NCBI GenBank assembly: GCA_036785375.1
Contig: JAWMAR010000248.1
Span: 2,170,001-2,234,000, forward strand
Source: Leucoraja ocellata
Taxonomy: Eukaryota
DNA: 64,000 bases
Direction of reading: 5' to 3'
Notes under the pieces: model-generated
What the model saw: only the letters and a program-made list of their open reading frames with translations
Database searches by the model: none
Told to the model about the DNA's origin: nothing
Program-made: the position numbers and the translations under genes
Part shown: piece by piece, positions 24,243 to 36,797 of the stretch
Layout: each line of letters starts with the position of its first letter
Numbering within the stretch: position 1 is the stretch's first letter

Positions 24243-27200
24243 TACGACTTTCTAATCTGATTAGCAGTCTCACTAACTTTTCCTTGTTGGAGACTATGTA
24301 AATGGGAGTGTTTGCTGTGTGCAGCTGTTTGGGAGTGCAGTATTACCAGTGTTTAGCAATTCTTGCCCTGAGGGTTTGGCATGTGCATTAATTCTTTTGT
24401 GGTTGGTTTAATGGACATATCCTGTCGCGTGGATACTGACAAGTTAGCCGTGTCCAAGACCCACCTGTCTGATGTCAGCACCTGGGAGTATCAAGAACGC
24501 TGCAGCTTTGAAGTAATTTATCGAGAGACTGACAGCTGGCAGCAGCTGTGAGCTCAGTAGAAAAGAGCTAAATGCTCTGAGGGCATCTGATCCAACATCA
24601 GCACAATTGTTCAGCATTTTTTTGGAGGAACACACCTTGACTGGCGGCGCATTGCACAAGAAGGCAGGTGTTAGCTGACAGGAGTTGGCACACACACATG
24701 CGCACAGGCAGAACTTGCAGACAAAAGCGTTTTCTGTAACCCAGTGTCAAAGGGCATGAGGTGCTTGTGACCAGGGTCTGAGGAAAGCAGGGGGTCAGAA
24801 ACTGAGGGGGCAAATGAATGAGCAGGGGGTTGGAAACTGAATAACACAGAGGTACAGTAAATAAACAGAAAAAAATAACAAAGTCCTGCCGTTTGAATCC
24901 TGATAATGGGACTAACAAGGGACAAGTAGTGCTACTGCCCCACAAAGGCCTAGAGCACACATGGAGTGGTAGGCAATGTAGGGAGATAGTCATAGAAACT
25001 TAGTCAGGGAATTGGATTTTCTGGGAGTTGGTGAGATTCTATGACACAACAAGGCTGCTGTATGTGTTCTATGATTATCTGGAAATGTGATAAAGATTGC
25101 AGAGGTCTGAGGTGGCCAAATCTCGGTGCTCTTGTCCATGGCGATCAAATGGCTGGTGCACAGGTGCAGCAAATAATAAGGATAGGTTTTCATTTATCGC
25201 TGGGGAATTGTACACAAAGTATTGAGGTGACACTACAGTTACCTGGGGCATGAGCAGACCACCTATCAGTCGGGTTACTGAGGAAAAATATTAATAAGTT
25301 GGAGGTAATTCTGAAGCCTGGAATGGGCAGATGAGGAAAGGTTGGACACTGGAGGCATGTATCTACTAGTGTTTAAAAGAGTGAGAATGGATTTATGTGA
25401 AAGTAGCAACTGACCAGTTGCATTTATCTGGGGCAGTGGCCTGAGAGCAAGCCAGAAGGGTAAAAGCACGGGAGGAAATGGGATGGAAAACTCATGAACT
25501 GCATGACTGAGTGTAAGAAATTAAAGATGGCGGAAGATACAATTACGGGAAAGCCGGAAACAGTCCATAGTCCATAAATCCTGCAGATTTGTCCTGTCTG
25601 TGGTCATCGTCAGATTACAGAGCACCCATGTACAGACTATTCACGTGCCAGACAATAATGATATCCAACAGGAGAAAACCCCGAAAGTGATCTGTGACAC
25701 ATTAGTAATATGAGAATATAGCCACTTCCCTCAATTAATGCCCTGAGCAATGTTACTGCCCGTTTAGCTAATACCATGAGTGGGATGAATACTATAAACG
25801 GTCAACATGGAAAGTCTGCAAATATAAAGTTCTCTTTTTGCATTGGCATTGTTTAGAAAAGTTCTCAACGGATTTAACCCGTTATCCTTCCAGTCACGGC
25901 AATTTGTTGCATCTCTGGACTGAAGGTTTTCAGCAAAGAAAATTAACTGATTTTACCAAACATTAATTAAAAAGCAAAACATTCAGCTCTATTTTAAACG
26001 CATCTCAGTCTGTGAAAGTAATTTAATTTGAATTATGTAATGTTAAATTTGGTGACTTTAAATCATTTATGTAGCCCAAGTCCTTTCACAGCCTTTCACT
26101 CAGTCACGAGCCGGTGACTGGATTCCTCAGCGTTGAATGAAAATCTGAAGTACACTGCACAAGTAAACAAGTGACACCGCTCAGAGAGCAGTGTTAGACC
26201 CTTGTTTAGTAAAAGATTATGGAACAAGCAAACCATAATGAGGTCAAACTGAGGTATAGAATTACAGGCACAGCCAGTAGAGCAAGAAACTTTTATCGGC
26301 ACAACAACTAATCTCATCCTTGCCGACAGACCCAAGTGTGGCCATGCATTTATTGGTGAATGTTATTGAGTCGGCACAATGCAGGGTGCTATGGTGTTAC
26401 AATTGAAGCACCACTTCTTGCCTGTGTGTATCATTGGACAAAACTGATGTTAACTAGTTGTCCACAACATGCACAGGTAGCTTGGGTAACTCGTGCACTT
26501 GACCAGCGTGTCACTACTCTGCGGAACTGGCAAGTTGTCAGGTGTTGGACCCAGTCCGGAAGCCATAACTCTGTGACCAGTTCCTGCCAATGCTTTGTGA
26601 TTCTGCAGCAGAGTTTGTGTCTGGAAGAGGCTGAGGGCAAAATTGAACCATGTTTTTACTTACTAATCCACGATGTGGACCATGCAGGTAATGCCAGATT
26701 TACTGTCTATCTCTCATTGCTCCTGAATTTAGAAGTTAACTATATTATGGGTCTTGATTACTGTGATAGATTTACCACCCTCAGTGCTGGCCTTGTTCTC
26801 ATTGTCTATGCCCTGTGAAGTTGTGCTTTTAAAACTGGTTAGCCTTGGCCAGAGATTACATTTTTTTACGTTCAAAACAGAAACAGTCAATATGTTTACT
26901 CAATGGCAGTCCGATCAATTTGAATACTATTATTGCCAACACATCTGCCCCATACTTGTGTAGCTCAGTAACAAGTTGGCATTGCCAACCGTGTCAAACA
27001 TGTGGCATCCATGTGGTCATAGAATTGGCTGTGGAGGTTTACACTCTCCAGATCGCTGAATGAGTTGGTATGTTAATACAAACCAGCTACATGATTAAAT
27101 CGATGCACAGCAGGCCGCAATTAGAGTCATACAGTGTGGAATCATGTCCTTCAGCCCAACGTGCCTATGCCAACCAACTTGCCCCATCTGCACTAGTCCC

Positions 27201-27699
27201 ACCTGCCCCTATCCCTCTAAGCCTATCCTATCCATATAACTGTTCAAATTTCTCTTAAACATTATGTTAGTATATGCCTCAACTACCTCGTCCAGCAGCA
27301 CATTCCATATACTCACCAAGCTTTTGTGTGAATGCTATAATCTGGAGCAAAAACAAACCATTGGAGGAACTCCACTGGTTCCAGTATCTATGGAGGCAAA
27401 ACATTTCTGGTCAGAACCCTACATCAGAATTAATTCAAGGTTTGAGCTCAGTTTTCTTAGTATTTTCACACCTCCTGCCACCCTTTCATGTGTGAACCAC
27501 ACTAGATCCTAAATGTAATAAAAATGAACTGCAAATACTGCTTAATACCAAAGATAGACACCCAATGATCTCCAGAGATGCTGCCTGCCCTATGCTGAGT
27601 TACTCCAGCACTTTGCATCTATCTTTAGATCCTGAATATGTTGTTTTGCCACACTCACTCTCCCTGGATCATTCCAAGCCGGGGTAGAGTAACCACAGT

Positions 27700-28005
27700 T
27701 ACAATAGAGAATAGACAATAGCTGCAGGAGTAGGCCATTCGGCCCTTCGAGCCAGCACCGCCATTCAATGTGATCATGGCTGATCATCCCCATTCAGTAC
27801 CCCGTTCCTGCCTTCTCCCCATATCTCCTGACTCCGCTATCTTTAAGAGCCCTATCTAGCTCTCTATCCAGAGAACTGGCCTCCACTGCCCTCCGAGGCA
27901 GAGAATTCCACACTCACAACTCTCTGTGTGAAAACGTGTGTTTCCTCGTCTCAGTTCTAAAAGGCTTGCCCCTTATTCTTAAACTGTGGCCACTGGTTCT
28001 GGACC
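27700..28005 (-). mobile_element. CR1 3' fragment
   Basis: Reverse complement of the CR1 3' UTR and RT end. Confidence 0.88.
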
Positions 28006-28740
28006 ATGACTGAAACACTCTACACCTCTACCCCCTCGCACTCACAGACAGAGAACCCTAAGAAAACACCAGCTGCTGTGATGGATTTAAGTTTTCTGCA
28101 ATTGAGAGGTGAAGCATTGATTGAATGCACAGGAGACGGGGCAGGTCAACCACGCGATGCTGACAGTGGGTATATCAGTGACTGGGATGCAGCCTCACTG
28201 TCAGGCAACCTCACCCCTCCCCAAGCTTCTGCCGCCACGCGCACTCGCCGGGAGCTTCTGCCACTCGTAATGAAACAGTACTACTTCACATGAAGAAAGT
28301 TGTTACTCCACTTCATCCTGTGTCTTTATACTAATCCTTTACTCCGACAGACTCTCTGCTTCTGTACACAAGCTTCCAGCCAAGCTCATCCGTAGCTTGC
28401 AGTGTGTGGAACCTAAACACATTGATAGAGTTATCTGAGCTCCTGGTGAAATTGATTATTGACACTGTATGTGCTTGTTACGTTTCAGCTCAAATACACT
28501 GAAGAATGTAGAACAGTAAACATAGAAACAGATGCTTCGGCCCATAATGTCTGTGCCTATAAGAACTTTGAACAGTGCAATGGAATTTATAAACTCTTGT
28601 ACTTTTTGAAATATTGTGTACTAATGCAAGCTGGTGTGATTATCATTTGTGCTCATTCAGCACCAACGTCGGAGATTTGGTGAATAAGCTGCTGTCGGTG
28701 CTTCTCAATGACCAACCCCTGTCGTTCTCCTTTCCTGCAG

Positions 28741-28927
28741 TATTCTCCAGAGCTGAAGAAGCTGTACTGTCAGATTGCCAAGACGTGCCCCATCCAGATC
28801 AAAGTGATGACGCAGCCACCACAAGGAGCTGTGATCCGAGCCATGCCAGTATACAAGAAGGCGGAACATGTCACGGAGGTGGTGAAACGTTGCCCGAACC
28901 ATGAGCTCAGCAGGGAGTTCAATGATG
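28741..28927 (+). CDS. TP63: TP63 exon 5, DNA-binding domain ([17 protein letters not shown]...[14 protein letters not shown])
   Basis: cctgcAG / GTaatg; 187 nt; contains the Zn ligands in CPNH. Confidence 0.98.
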
Positions 28928-29805
28928 GTAATGCCCTGACCGAGTCTTTAAATCAGCTTCTGAGAGGTGTTTGGGAATGTTAGGTCATTCAGAATGGCAC
29001 GCACTAGAATGTCTGGAACTTCCAATCACATCCGTTACTTGCACGTCATGAGGAGACCAGACGATGGAGTGCTACTGCAGAAACACACCACCTCATAGGC
29101 CAAACATTGGCAATACTCACATAGGGACCACTGTTCATCCAGTAAGTTCCCTTCTCAATAGGTTCAGTCGCACCAAAGCAAATAGGTCATAGAGTGACTG
29201 CTGCTTCAGAACTCGAGGTGGGGCAGAAAATAGTGAAAGGTTTCCAATTCATGATAAATTTTGATGCCATTGACTCCTTACTATCAGGTCTGCTCTCCAC
29301 ATGGAGTCACACAATTCATTTTGGGAATATTGAGATTGTGACATTATATGCTGCACGTACGAGCCAACAATGTTGTGGGTGTAATCATTGGACACTGAGC
29401 AGAAAGTAGTTGATGCTTCGATATTATGTCCAGACTAACTCAAGTGCTTATGAAGAGTTTCCAATAGGAAATCAGGCTTGACTGTAGCTGCAGCCAGCGT
29501 TTAACCAGTTTGTACAACTACACTGAGGAGCAGCCTTCTGATCCGTTGAATGCACGGAGCATGCTGGCTGCATGCATTGGAGCCACTCCTAAGGCTGTTC
29601 TGGCTCTCACCTTAGGCTCTTATTATATCAGGGCAATTGTAGATTTAATTTTCGCAAACTGTTTATTGAGGGGAAAATATTAAGAAGGAGCCTTGTGCCA
29701 CATAAGAGCTAATGGAGGGCTGTAGACTGCGGAATGATGTACATGATGTTAACCAGGTGCATGTATGTATGGCAGAGTGAAAGGGTATCGGGGTGTTTTA
29801 AATGA

Positions 29806-30012
<207 letters not shown>

Positions 30013-30319
30013 TGAAGCAGCCCTACTGCTTATATGCTGACACTTGGACTAAGCTGTACATAGTATTGGTGATTATTAACCTTTAGCACCAATTTGAATT
30101 TGGTTCCAAGAAAAATTGCCAGAGTACGTCAGACAGTTAATCTGCTACAGTCAGTTTTTTACCTTGCTGGTAAAGTTAACAAATGCATTAAACAAGTAGT
30201 CACGTCAACGGCTCTCACGGCGTGGTGTGAGCGGGAAGGCTGTAAAGAGATTGAAGCAGCTTCAGTGTTAGACAGAGTTCAGTGTGACCAAGCTTCACCA
30301 TCGTGTTGCAGGAGTGTAA

Positions 30320-30463
<144 letters not shown>

Positions 30464-31036
30464 TAAGTAGATCCACTCCTCCTCCCTTGGCTTGTAAAAC
30501 CTTCCCGTAAGAGTCGGCTTTTTCAAATCTCACCTGCGCGCTCTCGGTTTGCTTCGTGCTTCCCAGTCGTTGTGAGAGTGCAAGACTGGAAAAGGGCAGG
30601 TGAGCAAGAGGAGGGCTGACAGCACTGTTCTGGGTTTTATTGCTACCCGTCACGTTCTCAGTAACACTGCGGAAGTGTAATAGTGAGTTACCTGCTGACC
30701 ATAGGCCGGCGGAGGGGTGGCTGATCCTGGCAAGCACACCAGGCAGAAGGAAAGCTCCCCAGGGAGTGCCCTACTCAATGAACAGAGCGTTGAAGGAGCT
30801 TCTGCTGGCTGTGTGCACTGCTTGTCCTCTGCTTCTATAAACAGCAGCATTGTGCATTCATGTTGTGCCTCTAGCCCAGTAAAATATCCCTGGTGCTGGA
30901 TGTGAGCAACATCAGATACTCCAGGCATCTGTAACCAGAGGTCTTGCCAGTGTCTTGGCTCCTCTGTACAACCGTTGAATTGTATTTGCTTGGAGAGCCT
31001 TGTTGTAACGTTCACGTCTTGTTCTCGTTTATCCAG

Positions 31037-31173
31037 TGGCCAGGTGCTGGGACGCCGCTGCTTTGAAGCCCGTATCTGTGCTTGCCCTGGCCGTGACCGT
31101 AAGGCAGATGAGGACAGCATCCGCAAGCAGCAAGTGACCGAAGGGGTAAAGGGCGTTGACAGCACCAAGCGGC
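31037..31173 (+). CDS. TP63: TP63 exon 8 ([28 protein letters not shown]...STKR)
   Basis: atccAG / GTaagt; 137 nt; DNA-contact motif [10 protein letters not shown]. Confidence 0.98.
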
Positions 31174-31653
31174 GTAAGTAAAATTGGATTGTGGAGCATT
31201 GGCCTCTCTCTGTTCACTAGAGTCTGCTTCAGGCACAGACCATTGTGTGGACAGGGCCGGGATTCTCTAACATGTTGTTCAGAGGAGGCTAGTACAGAAT
31301 ATTCTACTCGCCCCCACTCCTTGGGATGGTTCCCTATGGTCAATACCTTCTGAAAACCCTGGCTACAGAAATATCGGCTTACTACTGTATACAACTCTAT
31401 CTGTTGTGAGCACAAGGGGTCAAGCTGTCACGTTTATCCTAAGGTTGCACATTTCCTCAGAGCTGCCCAACTTTGCTGCTGAGAATGTGGCAGTTAGGGC
31501 AGGGACCATGAACGGTGCCCCTCCCCTGCCATTACAGCTGGGGGCTTGATATGACCGATTAAACTTCCTGAGGAGCTGCAGACAGATGATACTGATGTGT
31601 GTATGTGTGCTGATGGTAGCACTTAGTGAAGCTCCTTGTAATCTCTCTTGCAG

Positions 31654-31736
31654 TCCGTCATGTGAACCAGGGCATCCAGGTGGCCTCCATCAGTAAGAAA
31701 CGGCGGCCAGGAGAAGAGGAGCTCTTCTATTTACCA
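31654..31736 (+). CDS. TP63: TP63 exon 9 (LRHVNQGIQVASISKKRRPGEEELFYLP; NLS and start of oligomerisation domain)
   Basis: ttgcAG / GTaggt; 83 nt; phase 1 to 0; KKRR basic motif. Confidence 0.95.
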
Positions 31737-32473
31737 GTAGGTTCCAGTTCTTTGACGTCATTCTGATCTGTGTGTGATCCATTCACCTTAATTCAATCGG
31801 ACATGCCAAACACTTTCCGAAGAATGTGTGCTGGTTCACTTTTGAAAATGAAAAATAGCAGTTTTCTCCTGGGATATCCTCAACAATCTTTGTGCTTCCA
31901 TTTTATCATCGTATTTGTCTTGAGATGTTTTACCTCAGCTGAATCAGGCACCAAGCTGTGTGTTATCAGTAAACGTCAAATGGGTGGTGATAAAGTCACA
32001 GTCATGCAGCCCAGAATCAGGCCCTTCAGCCCACCATGTCTGTGCCGACTGTTTTATTTATAGCCTTTTTATATCCATTCTTTTCCAGAATTCTCCAGTT
32101 CCAATTGTGTTCCACAAAATCTCCTATATGTGTTCTCTAGAGTCTATAGACTCCCTGCCCCATGGCAGTTGCTGCAACCATTCAGCAAGGTGCTCCACCA
32201 CTTTCCCAGCCTATGCTCTCTACACAGCTCTACTAGTTTTCCGTCTGGTCTTTGCCCTGAACCCGCTGGGTTTTGTTACTGCCGGTCACGTTTTGTTGCT
32301 GCCCTGAACCCGCTGCTCTGCTGTGGCTGCACCTCTCTGTGCTATTGCTGACCCTCTCCTCCAGCACCATCCCTGAAACCAAACACTTTGATACATTTTG
32401 GATGATGAGGCCTGTGTGACTGCCAGTGAACTTTGTTGTCGGAGCTGATTGTTGCATACTTTTTGATTTACAG

Positions 32474-32598
32474 ATAAAAGGACGGGACACTTATGAAATG
32501 TTGCTGAAAATTAAGGAGTCACTGGAACTGATGCAGCAGTTGCCACAGCACACCATCGAGAGCTACCGGCAGCAGCAGCAACTTTTGCTGCAGAAACA
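32474..32598 (+). CDS. TP63: TP63 exon 10, oligomerisation domain ([41 protein letters not shown])
   Basis: ttacAG / GTaagt; 125 nt; phase 0 to 2. Confidence 0.97.
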
Positions 32599-32899
32599 GT
32601 AAGTTATTAGAGCATCACAGCCTCAAGGCTTTATACAGACTAACAGCTGACAGCAGGCTGCTGCTGGTCATCATAGCAGGCATGGGTATATCCATCGTTG
32701 GCTCATAACTCAGTGCCTTAAAACCTCTGAGAGTTTCTTGCTGAGGCAAATTCACTGAGGCAATCCATTTCCTACATTCACTGTGGGGATCGGGGACCTC
32801 CAGCGTGCAATAGGCCCCACATAAAATGTGGAGTAACAAGCAAACTCAAAGACTAGGCAATGGCGAGAGGCAAGACCAGAAGAACTGAGAAGCAGAATA

Positions 32900-33140
32900 T
32901 CAAGTCAAGAGTGTTTTATTGTCATATGTTCCAGACATAATAATGAAACTCAATGCTCCCCAAGTCTATGTAGTTCAGATCTTATTTGTAGTGTTTACTA
33001 TTCTATTAGTTGTAGGGAGGAAGCTGTTCCTGAACCTGAATGTTACAGTTTTCAGATTCCTGTACGTTCTTCCGGATGGCAGGAGTGAAATGAGACCTGG
33101 GTGGTGTGGGTCTCTGATGCTACTGGCTGCTTTCCTGTAG
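32900..33140 (-). mobile_element. Rex1/Babar-type LINE 3' fragment
   Basis: The minus-strand ORF reads AASIIRDPHHPG-like ...SLLPSGRTYR...RFRNSFLP. Confidence 0.8.
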
Positions 33141-33149
33141 AGGCGAAAC

Positions 33150-33320
33150 AACATGTTAGAAGAACTCAGCAGGTCAGGCAGCATTGTGGAGGGAATGGAC
33201 AGGCGACATTTCAGGTCTGGTCTGAAGAAGCTCCCAACTCAACGTTGCTTGACCCGCTGAGTTCCTCCAGCACTTTGTGATTTGTTTGAGATTCCAGCAT
33301 CTGCAGTTTCTTGTGTCTAC
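33150..33320. repeat. Penelope-terminus-derived foldback repeat
   Basis: gaactcagcaggtcaggca ... gtctgaagaag ... tgcttgacccgctgagttc. Confidence 0.75.
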
Positions 33321-33556
33321 ATACAGATGCATCTCTTGTCTTGGAAAGGTGGTGGGAATATTTTGTTTCAATATTCAGAAATTCCTGAACGGTTTGAGTA
33401 GCCAACCTCCACGGCAGCAGCTATGTAACTGTGTGAGACGAATGTTTAAAAAGTATAGGGCATGCCACAATTACAGTTCCTTATCTCAGCACATAATTAA
33501 TCCACAGGCACTGGGCCATTACGTTTGGTTATGGGAAATCTGGGCCTACTTGTTTC

Positions 33557-33870
33557 ACTTTAGATTTTAGAGGTATAGCGTGGAAAATGGCCCGTCGGTG
33601 CACTGAGACGTGCCAACTAGCAATCACCCTGTACATTAGCACTATCCTACACACTAGGGACAATTTACAGAAGCCAATTCATCTACAAACCTGTATATCT
33701 TGTGGGAGTAAACCTACATGGTCACAGGAAGAATGTACAAAATCTGTACAGACTTGGATTAGATTAGATTAGATTTGTTTATTGTCATATTTCCTGTAGA
33801 CATTACCTTTGGTCAGGATCAAACTCATCTCCAGAGTTGTAAGGCAGCAACTCTACCGCTGTGCCGCCCT
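33557..33870 (-). mobile_element. tRNA-derived SINE (HE1-like)
   Basis: Same family as 10760-11047; interrupted by (TTAGA)n near 33757-33777. Confidence 0.8.
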
Positions 33871-36628
33871 ATGTGCAGGAAAGGCCAGAAGGAAGAATAA
33901 TCTTGATTCACAAAAGGAGTTAAGAGTGTATTTGATCATTAGTGTTGAGAGCATCATCACTTTAAACTCCTACGGGATTAAAACAAAGTGTTTGGAGAAA
34001 GGTCGGCATTCCATGAATTGTTAGTGCCTGAAACCATTAATACTGGCTACCAATTCAGAATTAGATAATTGTCCAGCTCTCTGTGGAACTGTAACTTTAT
34101 TAAGATGCTGCCCATCATCAAGCAGAACTCAATCTAATCTTCATGCAACAAAATCTTGTGGGATGTGGGTTGGTTAGGGGGTGAGAACTAGCCTTGTCCT
34201 TAGTGCGTGGTCATCAAAGCTTCCCCTCCTCTCATTGCCTTTTCCCTAATGGCTCCTGCAATGCAAGTACAACCGCATTCACTCGAGCTTTTGAGCAGTT
34301 GGCGTTCCTGTGGTTAAAGGAGGCAATTTAAATCGATGAGATTTATCTTTAGAATCATACAAGTGTGTCTGTCAAATCTTCACTTGTAAAGATGACAAAA
34401 TGCTGCAGTGTGCTGCTGCGAGTGCCTTATCTCCACCATCAAGTGTCTGATTTCCTTTTGTTTACTGGTTTAAGTAGCTGGTTGCTGCTCAGGCTGTTTC
34501 TTCTGTATTGTCACTTTTTCTTTGATCTCTCCTCCATGATCATGACGAGTTGCTGTGTGTGAGAGACTGTTGTCTGCTACTGTTGAAACGCTGCCACACT
34601 GTTTTCTGCAGTGGGTTTGCTGGGGTCTAGAGAGGCTAGTCAGCCACAAGATGCTAACTGACCATCAGCAGGGCTCGTATCCTGGGGCTGTACTTGAAAC
34701 CACAAGTACGCAATCAGAGCACAGGTACAGAAAAATTATGCAAGGCAGTGCACAGCAGTGTGTCAGTTAGTGTGCAAGGCAGTGTGCAAGTGCAGCAGAT
34801 CAAGATCAGTCAACTGCCGCACCCCAACTTCATCTTGTCCCTCTCACTCACCAATCTCCACGGTTAATTATGCTGCTGGTTTCATTCTCAATAAACATCA
34901 TGGCCCCTATGCCTACAGGAGAGATGTGCACGGAGGGAACGGGCATTGAATAGTGCTGCCGGTGTACTTGACGAAAGCCGTGTCTTTCACCACAAGGTGC
35001 CTGAGGGGGGGAATCGACTTCACTGAGCTGTTTGGTGGAATTTGAGTTGATCTCCTTTGCGTGGCAGTGTTAGGTGAACCAACAGCTACTGCTGAGGCCC
35101 GGCAATTGATCCATGCTGAATCCTGGCCATGTTGTGCCAGCCTCCATCACACGTTCCTCTGAGTTCAGTAAGTGGGGCTCAGCCACACCTGGAGTCACAG
35201 AACTACACAGAACCGAAACAGGCCCAACCCGGCGCAGGGGAAAGCTATTTCTTCATATACATGGAACAAGCTACCAGAGGATGCTGTAGACGTGGGCACA
35301 ACAGTGACGTATAACAGACAGTTGAACAGTGCAAGGTTAGGAAATGATTAGAAGGATATGGACTAAATGCAGGTAAATGTGACTAGCTCGGTTATAAAAC
35401 CTGGTCAGAGGGACAAGTAGGACTGAAGAGCCTGTCACCATGTTCTATGTCTCAACCATGCCAAAGAAATTGCCTAACTGAGCTAGTCGCATTTGCCTGT
35501 GCCTTGGCCCTAGCCCCCTAAACCTTTCTTATCCATATGCCTGTCCATGTCGTTTAAATGCCACAACCCTCTGTATGGGAATGTTGCCCCTCACTCTATA
35601 AACCCTCAAGTTACAGACTGCACTGTCCTGGGGGGGGGAGATGGCAATACTCTATCAATCAAATGGAAGGGGCAAAGATTTACAAGGCTGCTGGCAGGGC
35701 TGAGAAATTGCAGTAAGAAGAGGGAATGTCTGGGTGAGCGATAGTTTCCTTGGAGCAAAGGGACAGTGCGATTTAGTGAATGATATACAATTATGAGGTG
35801 CTCAGACAGGTCTTTCGTCCCAATTCGTCCATGTCAAACAAGATGCCCCATCTAAGCTAGTCCCATTTGCCTGCATTTGGCCCACCTTTCCTATCCGTGT
35901 ACCTGCACAATGTGTCTTAAATGCTATTAAAGTACCTGTCTCAACTACCTCCTCTGACAATTTATTCCATATACCCACTGCCCTCTGAGTGAAAAGGTTG
36001 CCCCTCAGGTTTTTATTAGTTCTTGGTTGGCAAAGGTTAATTGGTCCAAAGGGCCTGTATCTATCCTGTTACTTGTTTGACTAATATTTATTGCCCTATC
36101 CTCATCAATCAATTGTGCATCATAAGCCAGATTCTTCAGCAAGGCCAAGACAGTTCACTGCCCTGGTTTGTTCTGAAGGGCTCAGACATTGTATTTCCTT
36201 TTCTCATCTACTTGTGACATTTGCAGGTCCAGGCATACATGATGGTCCAACATGCGGCTAACCTCATCCAAACATATACTCCTCTCAGGGCCCAGCAATG
36301 TGATCACCCTGTCGCTCCTGATTGATATTGGGTGAAACCAGGGAGTTTGCAGAGAGTGGATGAAGTGAGGATTCTACAACTTAAACCCCTAACTTCGTGC
36401 TGTCCTGTGCTGTTATCTGGTAGTTTCACTGCACTCGGAGTTTCTTGAGACTTGAATCCCTCATTCAAAACTGTGCAAGTAAATCAGCTGGAACTGATAC
36501 CCTGTTCCCAAAGATATCGTCATGGTCATGGATGTGGGCAGGTCTAGGGCTCAGAGGTTCCACTCTGTCGATCCTTATCTATGTTTTCTTTTGTCTCTCT
36601 CTTTCTCTCTCCGGTTCCCTCTCTCCAG

Positions 36629-36797
36629 TCTGTTCAAGGCCTGCTTTCAAAATGAACACATGGAGCCAAACACTGGCAAAAGGCTGTTGGTGATGGAGAA
36701 CACGCCCGCTTGCATACAGACAGAGAACAGCTTACACAACCTCGACAAAGGGGGGTGGAACGAAGCAGCTCTAGCTCAAACATTCCACTACATGTAG
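36629..36797 (+). CDS. TP63: TP63 alternative gamma terminal exon (HLFKACFQNEHMEP...QTFHYM*)
   Basis: Long pyrimidine tract about 36582-36626, then AG ending at 36628; phase 2 join to exon 10 makes CAT (His). The start resembles mammalian p63-gamma HLLSACFRNELVEP; TAG at 36795-36797. Confidence 0.85.

Noticed and set aside
23998-24301. ORFs spanning the N run
   Set aside because: Artefacts of the assembly gap.
7618-25372. Other p63-like sites (7618-7637 and 25353-25372)
   Set aside because: Core spacing is correct but the matches are only about 16/20; such matches are expected by chance in 24 kb.
4434-28740. miR-944 orthologue in intron 4
   Set aside because: I see no similarity to the human hairpin as I recall it; the 9394-9577 palindrome is unrelated in sequence.
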